Positions 29,114 through 43,783 are shown, counted from the stretch's first letter. The stretch is 64,000 nt of DNA from Tubiluchus corallicola (GCA_030141605.1 JAQGDQ010000956.1:1-64000); one strand, 5' to 3'. Numbers and translations are program-made. The notes: generated by a model from the letters alone, not told the origin.

Positions 29114-32100
29114 TGTGTGAAGATAGAAACGTATTTGCGAATGAGGTAAATAATCTGAAACCAAAAAGCCTCCTCGCTTCGCTGTTATGTTTGCAGAACC
29201 TATCGAAATCCACGCGCGTTTTGATATTAGAAAATCACACATAAACATACATTTAGGCTAGTTTTATTAGTTAATTTCGAAATAGATGCATAAACTTAGA
29301 CTAGGCCAAAAGATTCATAGCTAAGCGCGTTTTTTAATCTCACGTAATCAACAGCATCTAAATTCTGCAGCTCAATCTTCAGCGACTGTTGAATTTACAC
29401 AACAGTTTTGTGTTTAAAAAATTTAATACATTAGAACTATATTATCTACGTCTTGTAAAACACTGTAGACGATAATACGATTTAAATCGTTCAAGAAATC
29501 AATAAATTCGATTATTATTGTAAATCTGCAAGGCCTCGTACCGTCTAGGTCTCCATTTATATCGTTTATTGATGCAAATTTGACCTAATAATTGTTGTTT
29601 AGTATGATAAGCAATTAGTTACAGAAATTCTTGTTGTTAGATGTAAATAAGTTTAATTTCTGCAGTGTCACTAGATTTCGATCAGGCAGTGAATTTGCAA
29701 TTCACTTTTTTAAGATATTCCACATTAAACAGAAATTTTCATTGAAAACTTGAATAATGCGCGTTGGTTCTGCGAGAGATAATTGTCTTTTGGCTCCCAG
29801 TTGTAAATATTGCTATAACAGTATATGTCAATTTTTGTATAATTTAAATGAGTAAAGTAATAATGTGATAGGTAGAATATAGGAAATGGCAGCCAAGCTG
29901 TACGTATATACTACTGTACAAATACACAACTTATACTATGCATTCGCCTATTTTAAAAAACAGAAATATCATTACCCAATAAATCACGGAATAATGCGAT
30001 TTAAATAGTTTTAATGGGTATAATTATACCTCGAAGTCTGAGTATAAGTACTTGAAGGAATATGATTTATTTTTGCCTGTGGCATGAAAAATTCACTTGA
30101 TATGCATTGCATTTTTTGAGAGAGCAAGTATATTCTGTTATGATAATGCAGTAAAAATTATTTATTTATAAACTTAATCTCAAGATTTGTAGTTATGACG
30201 AAATATTTCCACAAGTTTTGAATAGAATTTTGAAACTAAATGTAAAAAGTAAATAAGCTAGGACACACCGTAGCTTTGAGCAAGATTCCTGGTTCGAACC
30301 CAGGCTGTGCCCTGGTGTTTTTGTACTTTTTATCTTTGAGGTAAATTTGGTTTGTAAATTCGACAATTGTGGGTTTATTCAGTCACTGCAGAAAAACCCG
30401 TCAGAAAGGGTTTTATTTGCGAAAAACATTCCTTTGTTTTCTCTAAAAAAATTATCTTGAAGAAGACCCTTTACGATGTTGCGTTTTTTCAATAAACCCT
30501 ATTTTCAATAGGCACACTAGGAAAACCCTTTTTAAATCATTTAAAAACCCTTTCTTTCAATAATGTATGTGAGTTAAAAAAACTATAATTGTTGGATCGT
30601 TAGTGTTTAACGAAAAACAGTATTGCACGCAGACTGTAAAATCGGTTTAAATTGAAATTAAACATAATAATCGATAAATATCACCATGAAAATTGCGACT
30701 TTCAGTGTGAACACTATATCCCCAAGCCAGCAAACACTGTTGCTCCGAAAATAAAGCAAAAATATGAGGCAAGAATTAAGGTACTAAATTCTGTTTTTTT
30801 TTGCTTGCATTACTATTATTTGACTGCACAACTGGTTTTAGCTTACTAGTAAGACTTTTCACAGTTTCATTGCGCGCATGCGCAGTTGCTGTAGCTGAAA
30901 GGTTAAGTGTATCACAGCAGCGTGTCTTAATTACAACCGTCACGTGACGTGTGGTAAAGCAAAGCCGTCTAACGCATCATTTGTGTTCCTTAACATTTGT
31001 GTACATAAATGCGTTGTCTGGTACACTTAACCTTTGACCGATCATCATCAATCGCTGGAACTGTGAAAAGGCTTATTTTTCACAAATGTATAATTGTTAT
31101 TATTATAATCACTGATTCTGCTTAACAATTTTAAAAACCATGTACACACTGAATAATAAAGTCTGTCTGGTTGGATTTTTGGACATAACAAGATGACAGT
31201 TATAAAATCGGCGCGATTTCTATAGACCCTTCACTGACGCCATATTGAATCACGTGATTTGTTAATATTTGTGAAGTTACCTCATAAGCATTATACTTAA
31301 GTGTTACTATATATTACGTGTGCGTGTGTATATACAGATGATATTGTCGAGTAATTAACGTACCATAGGAAGTAAAATAGTTGTCAGGTATAGATGTTAT
31401 TGCTAGGTAATTTTCGACTTTATTATAATATGATTTTCATGTATATCTTCGCTCAATTGCAGCCAGTTTCGTGTGATTTTGCTTTAAACACTGTAATTAG
31501 CGTTTTAATTCGATCGTACGACTTTCTTATGTTTTTTGTGTTATTTATGTTTAGTGAAATTTGTAGCCGTCTCCTGAGAATTTACTGTCGTCAGTTATTT
31601 ACTAGTTTATGTTGACGTTTGTGCAGTGGGGAATGATAAAATTCGTAAAAGAAACGCTCCGTGAATTCCTAGTACTAAGAAACGTACGAGGCGTGCGCAA
31701 AATTTTTACCAATTCGATTTAATATCGGTGATCCTTTTCCGGTTCTTTATTATTACTATTTTCTCAATTTTTACTTTTATGTCACAATTCCGGTGAAGAG
31801 AACACATAGTTTATGTTGCCTGTGTATTAATATTTTTTTTTATCAAAAAACGATACTAATGTCTAACTAAGTATAGATTTTTATTGCACTATATCTGACT
31901 CGTGTTTAAACTCTGTCAAAGTTTCCTATGCAATAAAAAAAACGAAATTTAGAGGTTCTCTAGTTTCGCCTCTCTACCTGTTACCTCATAACTGTTCATC
32001 GACGGTTACACCGAGGTCTTCTGTGAAGTTAGATTTGTAAAGCTTTTAGATTTTTAGCAAACCCATTTGTGATATTTTAACAATGTTTTAAAACTGCTTT

Positions 32101-32172
32101 AAAACAGACAATAATTTACGTACGTATAATTTTCGTGTTTAGTTAAAAATTGGAGTATGCGCTTACCATTAA

Positions 32173-32379
32173 TATTCAATGACGTTTCTTTATTCTTGAA
32201 AATTTAAGCATTTTTTGGGTCTATACTTTAGCATAAATTGAAATTAATAGTTAGTTTGTACCTAACCAAATTATATTCAATGACATGTTTCTTTATTCTT
32301 GAAAATTTAAGCATTTCTGGGTCTATACTTTAGCATAAATTGAAATTAATAGTTAGTTTGTACCTAACCAAATTATATT
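32173..32379. repeat. ~100-bp tandem duplication
   Basis: atattcaatgac...tttgtacctaaccaaattatatt occurs twice. Confidence 0.9.
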
Positions 32380-32697
32380 TAAATTGTAATTAGCATTTAA
32401 TTACAAATTCTGATTCGATTCGGTTACACAAATGTTCAATATGCTTTGTAAATTTTATCGATTTGTTTAATTGCCAGAATGAAATCCTGCATTTAACTGA
32501 AATTTAATTAATTAGCATTAAATTAATTAAGATTTGTTTATTCATGATTGGCTTATGCTAAATAATCACATTGACGTGGTTATAGCTTATAAAATGCAGG
32601 CAGCTGTAACCGTAAGCATTTCTTAACTAAGCAAAGTTATTACAAAAGTTCTTTCTGCCTGCACACACATTATTTTTTGCTTTTCGTGTTGTTTGTT

Positions 32698-32750
<53 letters not shown>

Positions 32751-33090
32751 GTCACGTGATCTGTGAAACAATGTTACTACAAGTAGAGTTCATTTCTTAA
32801 TGTAAATTGATGTATTCAAAGGTGACCTACGTTTTTTTGATGAAAATAATGAATTGCGTATGTAACTATGTACAGTACCACATGCGACATTTGTGCGTGC
32901 GTATACGCTTATGCGTACGCATGTAATTAATTATAGGCGTGCATAATGATGTACGCAGTTTTGCTAGTCATTTTATGCTTTATAGTTTTAAACATCTGGA
33001 ATATTATACCTGGATAAATAAAGTAAAATACATTGTGAGATGTAATGACTAATCTTCGCGTTGTACCGAGTTTTGATTGTTAATTTCGGT

Positions 33091-33131
<41 letters not shown>

Positions 33132-33745
33132 CTGACGAGGCTACAGCTTCGATGACAGCACCATTTTCTGTCATCTATGCATCAAAAGAAAGGTCCGGAC
33201 CCACAGATTTGGCATTGGGGGTTTATTTTTCGAATCAGGCCCACCGAGAGGAACTGGAGGCGAAAAACATCCAAAAATGGCCTTTTTTCGGCCATTTCTT
33301 GCAATACTTATACCTCTTATTTCTAGAGAACGGGAACGTGCCGAGGGGGGGGAGTGCTGGCAATGGTTGACTAGCCCATTTAACGGTGGGTGTAATAGTC
33401 ATATTTAGATTTCACGAGAGGGCCGGCAATGCCCACTACGGGCATTTTCACAGACCCAACTCCCAATTTTTTCGAAATTTTGACCAAACGCTCTGTAGAA
33501 AAAACGTTCTAGCAGCGTTTAGTGGGACTCTTGGAAGGAGATATATAGCTCTTTAGAAAGAGGAAAAACAGGGCTACACGATATATATTTTTCCAATTAT
33601 TTTTGATACTGCTTTTAATAGATAAAACTTATTTTCAACTTTGAGCCATAAGAGACCAAAATTCTGCATAATTAACATAAAATAATGAAAGAGAGAGGTG
33701 TCATAGTGCCAGCGTAAGTACAAAGACAAGGAAGTAATTTGTACA

Positions 33746-34213
33746 TAGGGGCGTATCAAGAATTCACGACGCTCTAGGCTGATAGTTCTGTCCCTCCCAT
33801 CTCTATTGTGGATTCACGGTTGCTTATGTAATGGGCAAATAAAACAATTATTTGTAGTGTATTAAATACACTATTAACATAGTTTCTACACATGTATTAT
33901 CATTAATTACATTAATGTCATTACTATCATTATCATTACTAGTTATTATCGTTAATCACGTGTATTTGTATAGCTCTTATATCCAGGCAGGCTGCACAGC
34001 TGCTTGTTGTGTAAAGCCTTGCACCTATTCGTCATGTGGTAAGGTCTAATGTAAAGTCTCTTCTTAGTAACTGCTCGTGGTTTGTTATATAATATAAATA
34101 CCAGAGTATACACATTTTACGAGGAGAATAAGATTTTTTTCTAAAATGTGACGCTCTCAAACTTTGGCACCTTAGGCTATAACCTAGTTTGTCTATTGGC
34201 TACTACGACCCTG
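33746..34213. mobile_element. Degenerate short-TIR MITE related in architecture to 44531-45026
   Basis: TAGGGGCGTATC...GCTCTAGGC at left and GCACCTTAGGC...CTAGTTTGTCTAT...CTACGACCCTG at right. Flanks ttgtaca / aggtaca are a possible decayed 7-bp TSD. Confidence 0.55.
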
Positions 34214-34861
34214 AGGTACATAATAAGAAGCACAGAGTTTATGAAAACTTAAATGGATAAAACTAATAAATGAATTGCTGCTTCACTTTCATTTTGTCCA
34301 GACAATAGTTTTCTCCTATCTCAAAGCAGACTTTGGCCATAATTTTACATATCTCAGGGTTTCCCTTTAAATGCGCAAACTTACCGAAACCATTCCAGTT
34401 ATTAAACTTGGCTTCGTGTTGAACTACAGATTCTATCAAATTAGTACCTTCTTGTCAGTATCATTAAAATGTAACAAAATGTACGTCTCATGCTAGATAG
34501 CATCACAATTACATAACTGACATAATCGTTCATTAGCCGGGATACTTCCATAACGTCCTGTTTCAATTCTAAGTGAGGCAGTGCCAAACCAAAGTGACGT
34601 AAGTGACCTACGAAATTTTAAACGAACACGCTGTTGTTGGCCCTAGAAATGTACCGAAGTTTTGATCACGATATTACAAGAAGAAAATAACAGAATCGAT
34701 TGAGAATTTCCACTTTGAACCTACAGCCGTTTTTTATAAATATCAAAAATCTCGAGTCATTGCTTGAAAGTTTTCCAAAGATATAGAAGTTGTAAAGCAA
34801 CAAGTCATAGAAAAATTGAAAGATAGAAGAATTTTACACTTCCACACACAATTTAAATACC

Positions 34862-35300
34862 CGAACCCTAACTCTAACCTTAACCCCAACCCTAACTCTA
34901 ACCTTAACCCCAACCCTAACTCTAACCCAACCCTAACCGTAACCCTAACCTAAACCCCAACCCTAACTCTAACCTAAACCCCAACCCTAACTCTAACCTT
35001 AACCCCAACCCTAACTGTAACCCCAACCCCAACCCCAACGCTAATTCTAACCCAACCCTAACCCTAAGTCTAACCCCAACCCTAACCCTAACTCTAACCC
35101 AACCCTAACCCTAACCCCAACTCTAACTCTAATCCCAACCCCAACCCTAATCCTAACCCAACCTCAACCCTAACTCTAACCCTAATCCTAACTCTAATCC
35201 CAACCCTAAGTCTAACACTAACCCCATTCCTAACTCTAACCCAACCCAACTCTAACCCTAACTCTAACCCTAACCCTAATCCTAACCCTAATCCTAATCC
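34862..35300. repeat. Degenerate (CCCTAA)n telomere-like interstitial repeat
   Basis: Hexamers CCCTAA, CTCTAA, CCCCAA and TCCTAA in tandem over ~440 bp. Confidence 0.9.
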
Positions 35301-35723
35301 CCTTCTGGACCTAAATTCTTGTATACGAGGAAATGTAAGCTTTAGCCAAAGAAACTGTGGGTCACTATTGTTTTCGTTTACAGTAAATTTTCTATGTGTC
35401 CACCATATTCACTGTAAATTAGACGAAGACGTTTCTCTCAACAGATGATACGGTTTCTCACTACTTTAAGGAGTATCTGGTCCCAGCACTCAACAAACTG
35501 GGCCTTTAGTTCTTCAATGCCAAACAGTTGTGTGCACTTATACATTTCGCTTTAAAGGAATATCAGAAACCGTAATCCAGAAGATTAAGTCCCATTTTTC
35601 TTGACAACGAATCCTTATCAGCGTTTTATTCTCTGTGGTGATAAGCATGATGTAATTGGTTGATTCCTTCATTGTTTTGCTCCATGTAATGAGAACTTTA
35701 CATACGTCACTGAATGTGGCTGC

Positions 35724-36018
35724 TTTTCACCAGATGATGGGCTGACATTGTTCCTTTTCACCAGATGATGGGCTGACATTGTTCCTCTTCACCAGATGAT
35801 TGGCTGAAATTGTTCCTTTTCACCAGATGATGGACTGACATTGTTCCTTTTCACCAGATGATGGGCTGACATTGTTCCTTTTCACCAGATGATGGACTGA
35901 CATTGTTCCTTTTCACCAGATGATGGACCGACATTGTTCCTTTTTACCAGATGATGGGCTGACATTGTTCCTTTTCACCAGGTGATGGACTGACATTGTT
36001 CCTTTTCACCAGATGATT
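35724..36018. repeat. 31-bp minisatellite, ~9.5 copies
   Basis: Unit ttttcaccagatgatgggctgacattgttcc. Confidence 0.95.
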
Positions 36019-37122
36019 CAGCATTGTTCCGGCATTTAAGTTTTTAACCTACAAAAGCAGGTTAAATATCAGGCTGCCAAAGGTCAAGTTTGTAGGTCAC
36101 TGGATTATAATATTATTGCAGTTTAAATTTCGGCACTTTTTTCTGCCCCACTCGATATATTACATGTGATTATTTATATATTACATACTGTGATTATTTT
36201 ATTCTAGCGTGCAGAACTCAATTGCTAAAGTAATACTTCGAGCAAAGAAGAGAAATTATAAGCCCATATAACAGCATTGTTCAAATATGAGGTGACCACG
36301 CTTATCTTTTACTTAGTTTAACATCCATTTTGCAGATCAAATGTTCAATGAAACGCATTTTGTTATAAAATTGGCTTCACCGCCTGCATAAACTGGCTTC
36401 ATGACACAAAGAATCAAAATGTCTTGGGTTATTCTAAAGACGAATTTACTGAATAAAATAAATGGGAACCTCTTTACAGAGTGGGCGTTGAGTGGTCGAA
36501 CAATCAAACGGATCGAAAGTGTAATAAAGTAAATGGTTATATGGACGTGGCATTTCACACGATAAAACAAATTTATAAACTCTCGCATTCTTTCGCAAGA
36601 GTAGCTCAATGCTGTAATTGCACGCGACACGCACTTGCTGTGTGTGCGTGTGTGTGTGTGTGTGTGCGCGCGTTGTGTGCATGTGCGGGTGTCCGTGTGC
36701 GTATTCTATCGCAAAGATAGAGCACAATTCTGTAATTGCACGCGACACACACTTGTTGTGCGTGTGCGTGTGCGTGTGCGTGCGTGTGCGTGTGCGTGTG
36801 TGCATGCGTGCGGCTTCATATAACAGTGGGCTTGTACAAGCCTTTGCTTCTCTAGCGGCACTGCAGTATAATTATTCTCTTATGATAACGATAGTGTATG
36901 AACCATATTAATTTATTACACTAGTATGTACACACGCGTATATATGTAAGATAATACAGACACTTAAAAACATTTAAACACCACAACTTTATTAAAACTT
37001 TTAATTTACATTGTTAAAAAATCATGCCAAACGTTTTAACAGAGCTGCTGCTGTCATCATCAGAGGTAATTTTTTACAAACATACAACCAGTTTATGTAG
37101 GCAGAGTCCAACAGTATAGTAC

Positions 37123-37285
37123 ATTATGCACTAATTATGTATTTAACAGAAGCCAAATAGGTAATGATTAAGCAGACCAGTAGAAAAGCAATTGATACAG
37201 TAAATTATGCACTAATTATGTATTTACGAAAAGCCAAATAGGTAATGATTAAGCAGACCAGTAGAAAAGAAATTGATACTGTAAT
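37123..37285. repeat. 81-bp tandem duplication
   Basis: attatgcactaattatgtattt...gcagaccagtagaaa occurs twice. Confidence 0.9.
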
Positions 37286-38086
37286 TAGTGCTAGCTAGCT
37301 GCTAAAACTGTTACTATTACAATAGCACAGGCTGCGAGGCGTTGTCAAGTGTACACAAAAGCGTTGTCTAGTACACATAACCTTTGACCTTTTCACGATC
37401 ATCATCATTCGGTGGAACTACGAAAAGGATAATTGGTTACAATCAGAATAAAGTGCAAAATTTGGCTTCGTAAATTTCACAATTTTCACACAAATTGCAA
37501 AAGAAGAGAAGGATTGAATTCGGGACATCAACGAAACCACATAAAAACGTCTTGGTCAGCAAACGTGGTGGATTCCCATGAAGTGACTGTCTGTACACCG
37601 ACCACCATCCATTTGTCAATTCGGGTATCAGCGTGGGGTGTGACACTAATTGTTTGCGAATTCGTTCCGACACATGACCAGGGGGGTAAGAGGATGCAGT
37701 TACTTTTGCTACGATGAACCGACCACTATAATTGTACCATCAAACTCACATAAATTACTCACTGCGTAATGTTCAAAGCTGCCGAAGCTGTGTAAAACTA
37801 TCTAGTCCAATATCATTCATACACGGCGTACAGTTTCTTTGATAGGAGAGCTCGGTCTAGCATGCAGGTTTTCACGTTGCAAAAATTTCATGTGAGAGAA
37901 TTATGTACAAGGGCAATCACAAATTACGGAAATTTAATCTGATTTAAATTTAGTTCTTGACAGCGTGAGAATTTGAGTGATTATAAAATGTAAACTTGTG
38001 GTCGACTTTGCGGTATAGTTAATGATTCCTCGAGAAAAGTTTCTTGTTAAACTGTATGAATGAGGGTTTTTTACTTTTCTGTGAGC

Positions 38087-38388
38087 CTACACTACACTGT
38101 ACAGCTCTGCACTGCACTACACTGCAAAGCCCTACGCTACGCTACACTACACTACTCTACACTACACTACACTACACTACACTGCACAACACTGCACTGC
38201 ACTGCACTGCACTGCACTGCACTACACTACACTACACTACACTACACTACACTACACTACACTACACTACACTACACTACACTACACTACACTACACTAC
38301 ACTACACTACATTACACTACACTACACTACACTACACTACACTACACTACACTACACTACACTACACTACACTACACTACACTACAAG
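38087..38388. repeat. (ACTAC)n/(ACTGC)n pentanucleotide repeat
   Basis: Directly visible. Confidence 0.95.
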
Positions 38389-38717
38389 TACTGTACCTCA
38401 CAAGTGTAGCCGAACAGTATAAACATTTTGGACATATTTAACAAACAACGCAACTTTGTATTCCAAACTTTAGCTTATATAATTTCAGTAAAACATGTAA
38501 ACATTCGACATTTAGCTCTTTCTGTGCCGATGATTAGAATATTATCCACAAATTAGTGAAAATAAACACCCGAGGCTCGCCAATTAGCATTTTCCAAAAG
38601 GTAAATGGCGATGATGAACTGAAATTTCAAAACAAAAAAACAGACAATCAGCACAAAACATTGAAATATAGATATACGAGGACAGACTGAATAGTTTCAC
38701 TGCCTTCACAGTATTAA

Positions 38718-39325
38718 AGAAAAAGAGGATGATTTTTAATATACTATCCCATTTTCAAGAACTGCAAAAAGGATACATTTTAACACCAATAATACTGAAA
38801 AAGCATTTCTGATAATTAAATAACAGATTAATTAACGGCGGACGAGGCTGCCTATTGATATAACATATATTGATATATTAGCATCACAAACTAACATAAT
38901 TTTCAATAGCAACAATATTGCATGAGCGTGTTGCACGTGTTTGCGAAAGCGAAAATTGAAGTACAGTGCTACAGTAAGATATTCAGTGTGTTGTACTAAA
39001 ACTCGGTAAGTTTACCGCTGTGCTCACGCATGAGTCGTTGAATGTGTGTAGTACGTCAGAAACTAACACAACTGAACTGGGAGGTACAGTACCTGTTTTC
39101 TGTGCAACGTGCTTCCGAGCTGCAGGCGCTAGCGCCCGTCTAACTAGCGAAAGGCAAAATGCATGTAACATCGAAGAACTAGTGGCGCTAATGCGAAATT
39201 GCGTTTGTGTGATAATAATTCTTCCACGTAAGTCATTCTTAAAAAATTGTACAGTATGTTTCCTTTCAATATTTTAAAGAGTAGATTGTTTTGACTTACA
39301 GTTTAACATTGGGTCCGGTTTTGCT
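38718..39325 (+). mobile_element. Kolobok-like TTAA MITE, full-length (608 bp)
   Basis: TTAA|AGAAAAAGAGGAT...GTCCGGTTTTGCT|TTAA. Confidence 0.85.
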
Positions 39326-40217
39326 TTAAGAAACTTTATTGGATACTATCTGGACGCACTATCGATTTTGTACTTACGAATTTGATATTCAAGGGCTGTT
39401 GTATATACATTCTTATGATATGATTCGAAGTACTTTCTTAGGAACTCCAGTAAAGAGGTAACTAGGAAGTTTAATACATTTGAGCAAAACAGTGCCGTGC
39501 AGGTGTAAAAATGAAAAAAATCTTTTGATTTTGCGGAAAGCATAATTTTCTTTTTTCGATTAGTGATCGTCGACACTGGCGCATATTGATCGGACGTCTA
39601 ACACTTTTCGAGAATACTGATATTATATTAGCAAGCAAGCTGGCATAAGGGGTACTGAATCGTTAACCACTTTAATACTTCCTTTATCGGCAAGCTTTAT
39701 GGCCGTTTAACCAATCCGACTTGTCCAACTTGCTGGAGTAAAATCGTAAAAAACTCTGACCCAGGCATCTGCATTCGATGCGTGCACGGCTAGCCGGCAT
39801 TTATTTGTTTGTTAAACGTAAAATATGGATATACGACCAAGCGGGCGGCAACTTCAAAGCCATGCGTAGCCTCCCATTGAGAGAAACGATTTTTGCGCGG
39901 ACGATTTTTGCCGAGCAGTTGTCAGGCCAAAAGCGTAGTTATTATTGTGTTTACCGGTCATAAATACTTGAAATTCTAATGGTGAGCTCTTATGATATGA
40001 GGATCGAACAGTGTGATGATCGTAAAAAGTTCACTCATCATTACAACGCCTCTTCGCCCTCTCTAAATGCGGTTGTCATCTCTAAGCGTAGTCAAACGGG
40101 AATTAGAAGAAACATTACCGAAGTTTAACTTTAATCGTAGGCATTATTCGTAAGCCAGGAGACCCGACTCTTTCCATTACGCACGCATGCGTAGTGGTTT
40201 TAGTCAGTTAAAAAGCA

Positions 40218-41358
40218 GCATAATTCCTAGCATACATCGTTTATGACAAGTTTTTGTACGTATAAGCGAAAATAGTATATTAGCGATTATTCATTCAGTA
40301 CTTGTGGGAAATGTTAGAAAATTTATTAATTTTAAAATAATCAGAGATATGTATAAAATCAGTAAAATACCCGATTCTGTCCATCATGCACGCATGCGTA
40401 TTGGTTTTAGTCAGTTGAATGGTGATTTGTTTTTGAAAAGCTACAAAGTTCCTGATGGTGTCCTTGTCTCCCCTAATTGTGGTTGTGGTTGTCATTTAAA
40501 AATTGAGAACATCTCTTCCCAGAATGCCCTCATTATTATCAAGCCAGAGATGCTATGTTCAGTCAATTAAATAAGATACTATTGCCTTTAAATATCAATC
40601 TTTTACAATATACTAATAGTGAACGTTTGTCATTGTACGTATGTAGAAATGATGATTTTAATATTGTTGTTAACTGTAAAATGTTTGATTGCTTTCAAAA
40701 TTACAATAGACGTTTTAAACGTTCTAATGTGAACAGACCTTAAGTTCCTTTTTATGCGTTTACGGTAAATTTTAAGACAGTTATTGTTATCATTTACGTG
40801 TTCTGTCACTTATTGTGTCGCTAACTTTCTACGTGTGTGTCTGCGTTTGTATGTATTTGTATGTGTGTATATTTACTTGTGCTTGCATGTATTTGTATGT
40901 GTGTATATTTACTTGTATTTGTATGTATTTGTATGTGTGTATATTTACTTGTGTTTGCATGTATTTGTATGTGTGTATATTTACTTGTGTTTGTTTGTAT
41001 TTAAATGTTTGTATATCTACTTGTGTTTGTATGTATTTGTATGTGTGTATATTTACTTGTGTTTGTTTGTATTTAAATGTTTGTATATTTACTTGTGTTT
41101 GTATGTATTTGTATGTGTGTATATTTACTTGTATTTGTATGTATTTGTATGTGTGTATATTTACTTGTGTTTGCATGTATTTGTATGTGTGTATATTTAC
41201 TTGTATTTGTATGTATTTGTATGTGTGTATATTTACTTGTGTTTGCATGTATTTGTATGTGTGTATATTTACTTGTGTTTGTTTGTATTTAAATTAAAAA
41301 TTTTCATCTGATTGTACACATTTTTGCATGGCGAGGATTCGTGTATCAGTTTTAAAAA
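40218..41358 (+). repeat. ~1.1-kb repeat copy A with internal 36-bp minisatellite (~12x)
   Basis: Colinear reverse complement of 51534-52501. Confidence 0.9.
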
Positions 41359-42167
41359 ATCGGAGTCCTATAAACTAAATGTTTAATCTAAACGCGGTTG
41401 TGCCGTGCAAAGTGACGTCATCAAATGTAAATTAATGTAAAAAAACAGCTTTACAGTGATCACGTGATTCATAAAAATTTAAACATCATGTGAAGTCACT
41501 TATTATTATTCATTATACGACGAATGTTTACATTAAATCACATTAATAAATCACAAAATACTTTGATCTATTATGAGTTGGCAACGTGGTGAGCCTATTC
41601 CTGGCCTATTAATCATATTCAACAAATTTGATGTCCAGCACAAAAAGAAAAACAGCTTGAACATAATAATGAAACTTTAAGTTCAGCTTCCGCAATATAA
41701 ACTAGTAATTAGTGAGATTTTTTTGACAAAATGGGCGAAATGAAAATCATAGTTAAATCGAAAATGTGAATTATTCAGTTCGTCACGGTACTTATTACGG
41801 TATTGGAGTATTTTTTAAATTATTGCATTTTAGCGGGTTTAAATGATATGTTAGAGTGTCGGAGAGTAGTAATTCATAATTTTAGTGAATTAATTTCATG
41901 TGCATTGTCTTTATAATTAGGTAAGTATATTTAAGTAAATATCATGTCAAATTCTATGTGTGTTTGAAGTTGTGTGTTTCGTCTTTTTGTAATTTTCGTA
42001 GTTTCAGTCTTAATGTTTTAAATATATATATGTATATATATTATAATAATATTTAGATTATATGTATGTTTTTTTATGGATTTTAAATGTAAAATAGATT
42101 GTGCATTTCTGTAATTTCAATCTTATGTTTTATTGTATAGTGTAAATATCTATACAATACAATATCT

Positions 42168-42227
<60 letters not shown>

Positions 42228-42659
42228 GTGTCTGTATGAGATTATATATATATATATATATATATATATGCGATTTAGATATTATGTATGTTTTGTATGG
42301 CTTTTACATCTGAAATAAAAATATGAATGGAGTAGTTGGGCATGTATGTAAAGCAGTAGCTTTTGTAGGTGATTGAGTAACCTATAGTTAGCAATACTAA
42401 AACGAAATTGTACGAAAACAAATTTGAAAAAGATTGAGCTTGGGGATTTGAAACAGAGAGGTTTATTTGAAAATTTAAAATTGTGGATTAATTAATAAAA
42501 TTAATAATAATGACTTAATGATAATAATTAATCATTAAGAGATAATATTGAAATTAAGACTTTTACAGGATTTTGACAAGGGGGGGTGGTAGAATTATAT
42601 ATTTACATGTATATGGCTAGGCTTTCTGTGTACTGTAACATCGATTAGTTATAATATTA

Positions 42660-43075
<416 letters not shown>

Positions 43076-43204
43076 AAAAGGTATATGAAACGGTAATGCA
43101 GGAAAACACTTTTTAATATGTAGTCTTTAATATGATGCCATAATATAATATGGCACCTCAATACTTATTTCCAAGATGGTGCCGTTGATTATTAGTACCC
43201 GCAC

Positions 43205-43333
43205 GTTACTTCGGTAAACCCACGTGCTTGGTCGAAGCACCAGCGATATCATTCTCTAAGTCTTTTTTATGACTCGGTCGGGAGTTGAACCCGTGACCTC
43301 CCAGATGAGAAGCAAGCACGCTACCATTAAGTT
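43205..43333 (-). mobile_element. tRNA-derived SINE, same subfamily as 4931-5070
   Basis: The reverse complement shares CTTAATGGTAGCGTGC, GGTTCAACTCCCGACCGAGTCAT and CTTCGACCAAGCACGTGG. Confidence 0.8.
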
Positions 43334-43783
43334 GTATTCCCCCCTGTCAAACTGGATTTTCATTTATTAGCCAGAAACTGGATATCGAGAACATAATAGT
43401 GTGATAAGTTGTATGTGGTGCTGTTATCCCTATTAAAGAGTTCTTGTGAAACACGTAACAAAGAGAGATAAAATTAAAAATTCTACTGAAATGATCAAAG
43501 CATGTTACTTGTTAGCACGTTTTACAGTGCAGTTTCAGACAAAATTTGCAATTATCAAACACAAATTGGCGTGTTTAATTCGCAAACCAAACGCTCATTT
43601 TGCTCATTAATTCACCACCTCGGTTAATTTAGCATCACTTAATTACCGTATTATTTCAAGCTATTATGATTAACCATACAAATTTGGCTAGTTTTAAAAG
43701 CGTTATTAATTATAGTTAATAATAGACCCGTTGTCATGAAAACGTTTACCTGACTGTGCGATAGGCTTGAAATACGTGCTTAA

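Noticed and set aside
29901-29906. TACGTA as a miR-iab-8-5p seed site in the Abd-B 3'UTR
   Set aside because: It is a single 6-mer only, the UTR extent is unknown and the miRNA was not seen.
30268-30312. Isolated B-box-like GGTTCGAACCC (also near 3513 and 24255)
   Set aside because: No cloverleaf. These are probably SINE remnants too decayed to call.
33125-33620. GC-richer block with a 97-aa ORF
   Set aside because: The ORF starts in an (AT)n repeat and has no recognisable domain. The block looks like internal DNA-transposon sequence, but I could not define its ends.
35724-36018. Regular short repeats resembling a CRISPR array
   Set aside because: The units are head-to-tail with no unique spacers, the context is eukaryotic and there are no cas genes. 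The same applies to the other minisatellites.
40304-40570. ORF conserved in both A and A' (and a GILGRDVL protease-like motif on the opposite strand)
   Set aside because: Similarity is explained by the DNA duplication. The ORF is short with no recognisable domain, and the GILGRD frame is bounded by stops and frameshifted in one copy.
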